This document shows positions 39,253-42,236 of a DNA stretch of 42,236 nucleotides, one piece after another. The notes beneath the pieces are model-generated. The model was not told where the DNA came from. It was given only the letters and a program-made list of their open reading frames with translations, and searched no databases. The stretch is from a virus: the UHGV virus genome UHGV-0797471. One strand, written 5' to 3'. Positions within the stretch are counted from its first letter, which is position 1; every line of letters begins with the position of its first letter. Both the position numbers and the translations under genes were made by a program.

Positions 39253-40647
39253 ATGCCCCCAAAATATATACCTCGCCCCTACCAAGTTCTCATTATCAAC
39301 CACGAAACCGAAACCCTGCGCGGCAACATCTGGGCGGGGATGGGAATGGGTAAAACCGTGGCAACGCTCACTGCGCTGGAAGATCTCTTTATGGCAGGGG
39401 CAGAAACATGCCCCGCACTGGTCCTCGCGCCGCTGCGCGTGGCTGCCAGCACATGGCCGGATGAAGCACTGAAGTGGGGACATTTGCGCAATATCGAGGT
39501 GCAGCCAATTATTGGTAATGCCAAAGCGCGCTCTATGGCGCTGACGAACAGCAACGCAAGCGTGTTCACCATCAACTACGATAACCTTGTCTGGCTGATT
39601 GAAGAATTGGGAGAACGATGGCCGTTCGGTACTGTCATTCCAGATGAAAGCACCCGGCTAAAATCCTTCCGGCTGCGCGGTGGTGGTAAGCGCGCGGCGG
39701 CGCTGGGCAAAGTGGCGCATAAGTATGTCCGGCGCTGGATAAATCTCACCGGTACGCCAGCACCGAACGGCCTGGTAGATTTGTGGGGACAATCGTGGTT
39801 TGTGGACCAGGGGCAACGTCTCGGGCGCACTTACGGCGCGTTTACCTCACGCTGGTTCAACTCGATACAGTTTCCGGGGCAGAGCTGGACCAAACTGGAG
39901 CCTTTTGCTCACTCACAGGGTGAAATACAGCGAGCGTTAGCCGATGTAACCCTCTCGCTGGATGCGGCCGACTGGTTCGATATCAAAGACCCCATCCATA
40001 ACGTAATCCGCGTGGATATGCCACCGAAGGCCCGTCAGCAGTATCGTGAAATGGAAAAGGAAATGTTCCTCGAGCTGAATGGCGAAGGCATCGAAGCACC
40101 GAACGCCGCGGCAAAGACACTGAAGTGTCTGCAAATCGCCAGCGGCGCAGTATACACAGATGACACCGGAAGTTGGTCAGAACTGCATGACACCAAACTA
40201 CAGGCGCTGGACAGCATACTGACCGAAGCAGCTGGCGCACCTGTGCTGGTTGCTTATCACTGGAAACACGATCTTGAACGCTTGCTTAAAGCATTCCCTC
40301 GCGGTCGTCACCTCGACCAGGATCCACAGACACTGCGCGACTGGAATTCCGGAAAGATTCCTGTTCTCTTTGCACACCCAGCCAGCGCGGGCCACGGCCT
40401 GAACATGCAGGACGGCGGAAATATACTGGTATTTTTCTCACACTGGTGGGACCTGGAGCAATATCAGCAAATTATTGAACGTATCGGCCCCACCAGGCAG
40501 ATACAGGCCGGACACAATCGTCCGGTATTTATTCACCACATTATTGCTGCCGACACTATGGATGAAATGGTGATGGAGCGGCGCAACTCAAAACGAACAG
40601 TGCAGGACATCCTGCTCGATGCCATGAAAAAGAGAGGTATAGCATGA
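39253..40647 (+). CDS. SNF2-family helicase
   Basis: Walker A GMGMGKTV; DExx-like IPDESTRLK; 464 aa; follows VRR-NUC as in the known phage module. Confidence 0.8.
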   Translation: MPPKYIPRPYQVLIINHETETLRGNIWAGMGMGKTVATLTALEDLFMAGAETCPALVLAPLRVAASTWPDEALKWGHLRNIEVQPIIGNAKARSMALTNSNASVFTINYDNLVWLIEELGERWPFGTVIPDESTRLKSFRLRGGGKRAAALGKVAHKYVRRWINLTGTPAPNGLVDLWGQSWFVDQGQRLGRTYGAFTSRWFNSIQFPGQSWTKLEPFAHSQGEIQRALADVTLSLDAADWFDIKDPIHNVIRVDMPPKARQQYREMEKEMFLELNGEGIEAPNAAAKTLKCLQIASGAVYTDDTGSWSELHDTKLQALDSILTEAAGAPVLVAYHWKHDLERLLKAFPRGRHLDQDPQTLRDWNSGKIPVLFAHPASAGHGLNMQDGGNILVFFSHWWDLEQYQQIIERIGPTRQIQAGHNRPVFIHHIIAADTMDEMVMERRNSKRTVQDILLDAMKKRGIA

Positions 40648-40844
40648 GCGAGAAACCCGACGATTTACTCACCCCGGATGAAGTATGCCAAAAGTTAGGT
40701 ATTACACAGAAAACGCTATGTGAGTGGAATATTAAGCATCGTCATCGGGCTATCCTGGCACCAATTCGTTTCAGTGCAAAAGTAGTTCGTTATGAGCGCC
40801 GAAATATCGACGCTTTTATTCAAAAATGTCGCAGCCAGTATTAA
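40644..40844 (+). CDS. AlpA/MerR-type HTH DNA-binding protein (possible excisionase / regulator)
   Basis: 66 aa; LTPDEVCQKLGITQKTLCEW HTH; adjacent to integrase. Confidence 0.55.
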   Translation: MSEKPDDLLTPDEVCQKLGITQKTLCEWNIKHRHRAILAPIRFSAKVVRYERRNIDAFIQKCRSQY

Positions 40845-42133
40845 CCTCGCCGCCGTAGCAATGCCACCTGCGCAAGTATGCTCCGCTCGTGAGCCTCGAA
40901 AGCTTCGCGCTTCAACGCAATCTCTTCCTGTAAAATCTCATCAGAAAAGTCGTAATGTTCTGCCATCGGGTCATCTGACTTGCTGGAGTGGTGAAGGCAA
41001 AGGAGGCTGATTTCCCTTCGGTCTGAGCGGGAATAGCCTCTTTCCTTCATCAAGGCAATAACATTGCTCTTAAGGAATTTACGGCACATCGTATTAAATG
41101 CACCGTCTTTCCCTTTAACAGTCCCATCATGTTTTATTCCTTTTACAGCCCCGTCCGGGCTGTATGTTTTCACCAGCTTATCCAGTGATCGTTTTGAAAA
41201 TGGCTGCATTGGATCACGTGGCTGCAAAAATACATAATCCCTGTTGCACTCAGGAACTGAATCACGCCAGGCTTTCTGCTCGTCGATAATCCGCCGGATC
41301 TCAGGGGTTATCGGCAGGCGGAAAGCCTTTTGTGTTTTCATAGCCCCTCGCATGCCGATAACCCCTTCCGGATAAACAATTTCACCAGCCTCCTCGTGAA
41401 CGTAGTCCCAGCGCAGGTTATGGACATTAATCGGACGAACACCAGTGATGATCATGAAGCGAACAGCATTCTTCTGGTGTACAGAGGTGCAGGCAGCAAC
41501 ATTGAGCCAGAGTCGGGCGATTGATTCAATATCGGTAAAAAGCCGTGTGGGGGTAGGTTTCTGTACGCGGGAGGAAACATAATCATCTGGCAGACTGGCG
41601 GCAACATTGCGGCCGTTGCAAAGAGTAGGTGCGCAGAACTTCCAGAACCGACGGAGCTCGGCAAACAACTCCAGGGCGTTATTGTTCGAGCGAGTAGCGA
41701 TCCACTCGTCCAGCACTTCCACCAGCCGATTGTATGTTACGTCGCTGAACACCTCGCGCTCGCCGAACGTTGCTTTAATCCGGTCGATACGCACCCCGTA
41801 GGTTGTGAAACTGTCCGGGCTCAGCTTCTGCCGGGCGACTTTGGCTTTGAGGTCATCCCGGTACATTTCCAGCGCTGCATGTACGGACTCTGCCCGCAGG
41901 CCACCGTCAGCCATACCTAGCGCTTTTTCGCGCGCCAGCTGGATAGCGAGCTCCGGCCACTCGCCGAGCTTTTTACCTTTGAGGCCCATCTTTTTTGGAA
42001 ACTCGGCGTAAAATGTAACCTTACCGGCTTTGCTGAAATCGATACGGAGATAGTTCTCTTTTTCGTATTTGGAACGGCGAGCCACGCCGGAAGCAGCGAG
42101 GATGATTTTGGCGGCAGCAACACAGATTTTCAT
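40841..42133 (-). CDS. int: Tyrosine integrase (P4-like, divergent)
   Basis: 430 aa; N-terminal arm-binding-like segment (KYEKENYLRIDFSKAGKVTFYAEF...LAREKA); ITGVRP box-I-like motif; C-terminal His/Tyr-containing region; terminal position in prophage. Confidence 0.65.
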   Translation of the reverse strand: MKICVAAAKIILAASGVARRSKYEKENYLRIDFSKAGKVTFYAEFPKKMGLKGKKLGEWPELAIQLAREKALGMADGGLRAESVHAALEMYRDDLKAKVARQKLSPDSFTTYGVRIDRIKATFGEREVFSDVTYNRLVEVLDEWIATRSNNNALELFAELRRFWKFCAPTLCNGRNVAASLPDDYVSSRVQKPTPTRLFTDIESIARLWLNVAACTSVHQKNAVRFMIITGVRPINVHNLRWDYVHEEAGEIVYPEGVIGMRGAMKTQKAFRLPITPEIRRIIDEQKAWRDSVPECNRDYVFLQPRDPMQPFSKRSLDKLVKTYSPDGAVKGIKHDGTVKGKDGAFNTMCRKFLKSNVIALMKERGYSRSDRREISLLCLHHSSKSDDPMAEHYDFSDEILQEEIALKREAFEAHERSILAQVALLRRRG

Positions 42134-42236
42134 GTGTGCGCTGGTATAGGGGGGTTTACAGGCGTCCCATTTTTCAGATGCGGCTAAAACATCGTCATTA
42201 TTGGGGCTATCCGGATTATGTGTTACAGTGCGCGGC

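Larger units (their letters stand above)
1..42236. mobile_element. Partial temperate prophage, lambdoid gene order with myovirus-type contractile tail; integrase at right edge, tail-fibre/cargo end at left; att sites not resolved
   Basis: Contiguous phage modules: integrase, CI/Cro, replication, Q, lysis, terminase, head, sheath/tube tail, tail fibre. Both edges of the window are still inside or adjacent to phage-like sequence. Confidence 0.85.

Overview
This 42.2-kb window looks like almost entirely one temperate prophage with lambdoid gene order and a contractile (myovirus-type) tail. All calls are from reading the ORF translations and DNA by eye; no database search, HMM or folding was run.

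Minus strand, right to left: Cro-like regulator, primase/helicase with a palindromic iteron array downstream, Q-type antiterminator, late-control region with two intrinsic terminators, holin/endolysin/spanin, small and large terminase, portal, head morphogenesis protein, scaffold/protease, major capsid, connector proteins, sheath, tube, chaperone, tape measure, baseplate, tail fibre and assembly protein. The tail-fibre end carries a Gin/Hin-type invertible segment whose invertase gene is truncated.

Plus strand: LexA-like CI repressor, then a DUF2800 nuclease / DUF2815 SSB / family-A DNA polymerase / VRR-NUC / SNF2 helicase module, an AlpA-like regulator, and a convergent tyrosine integrase at the right edge. 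Neither att site is resolved in the window.

Several AT-rich cargo genes (morons) interrupt this backbone. The best candidates for something undescribed are:
- a pair of paralogous TIR-like genes bracketing VRR-NUC (36782-39190);
- a HEPN-motif protein plus secreted protein cassette inside the baseplate operon (7474-8318);
- an antisense membrane protein inside the replication module (33978-34607);
- a strong promoter driving a structured non-coding region, convergent on a zinc-ribbon gene, next to cI (29924-30950).
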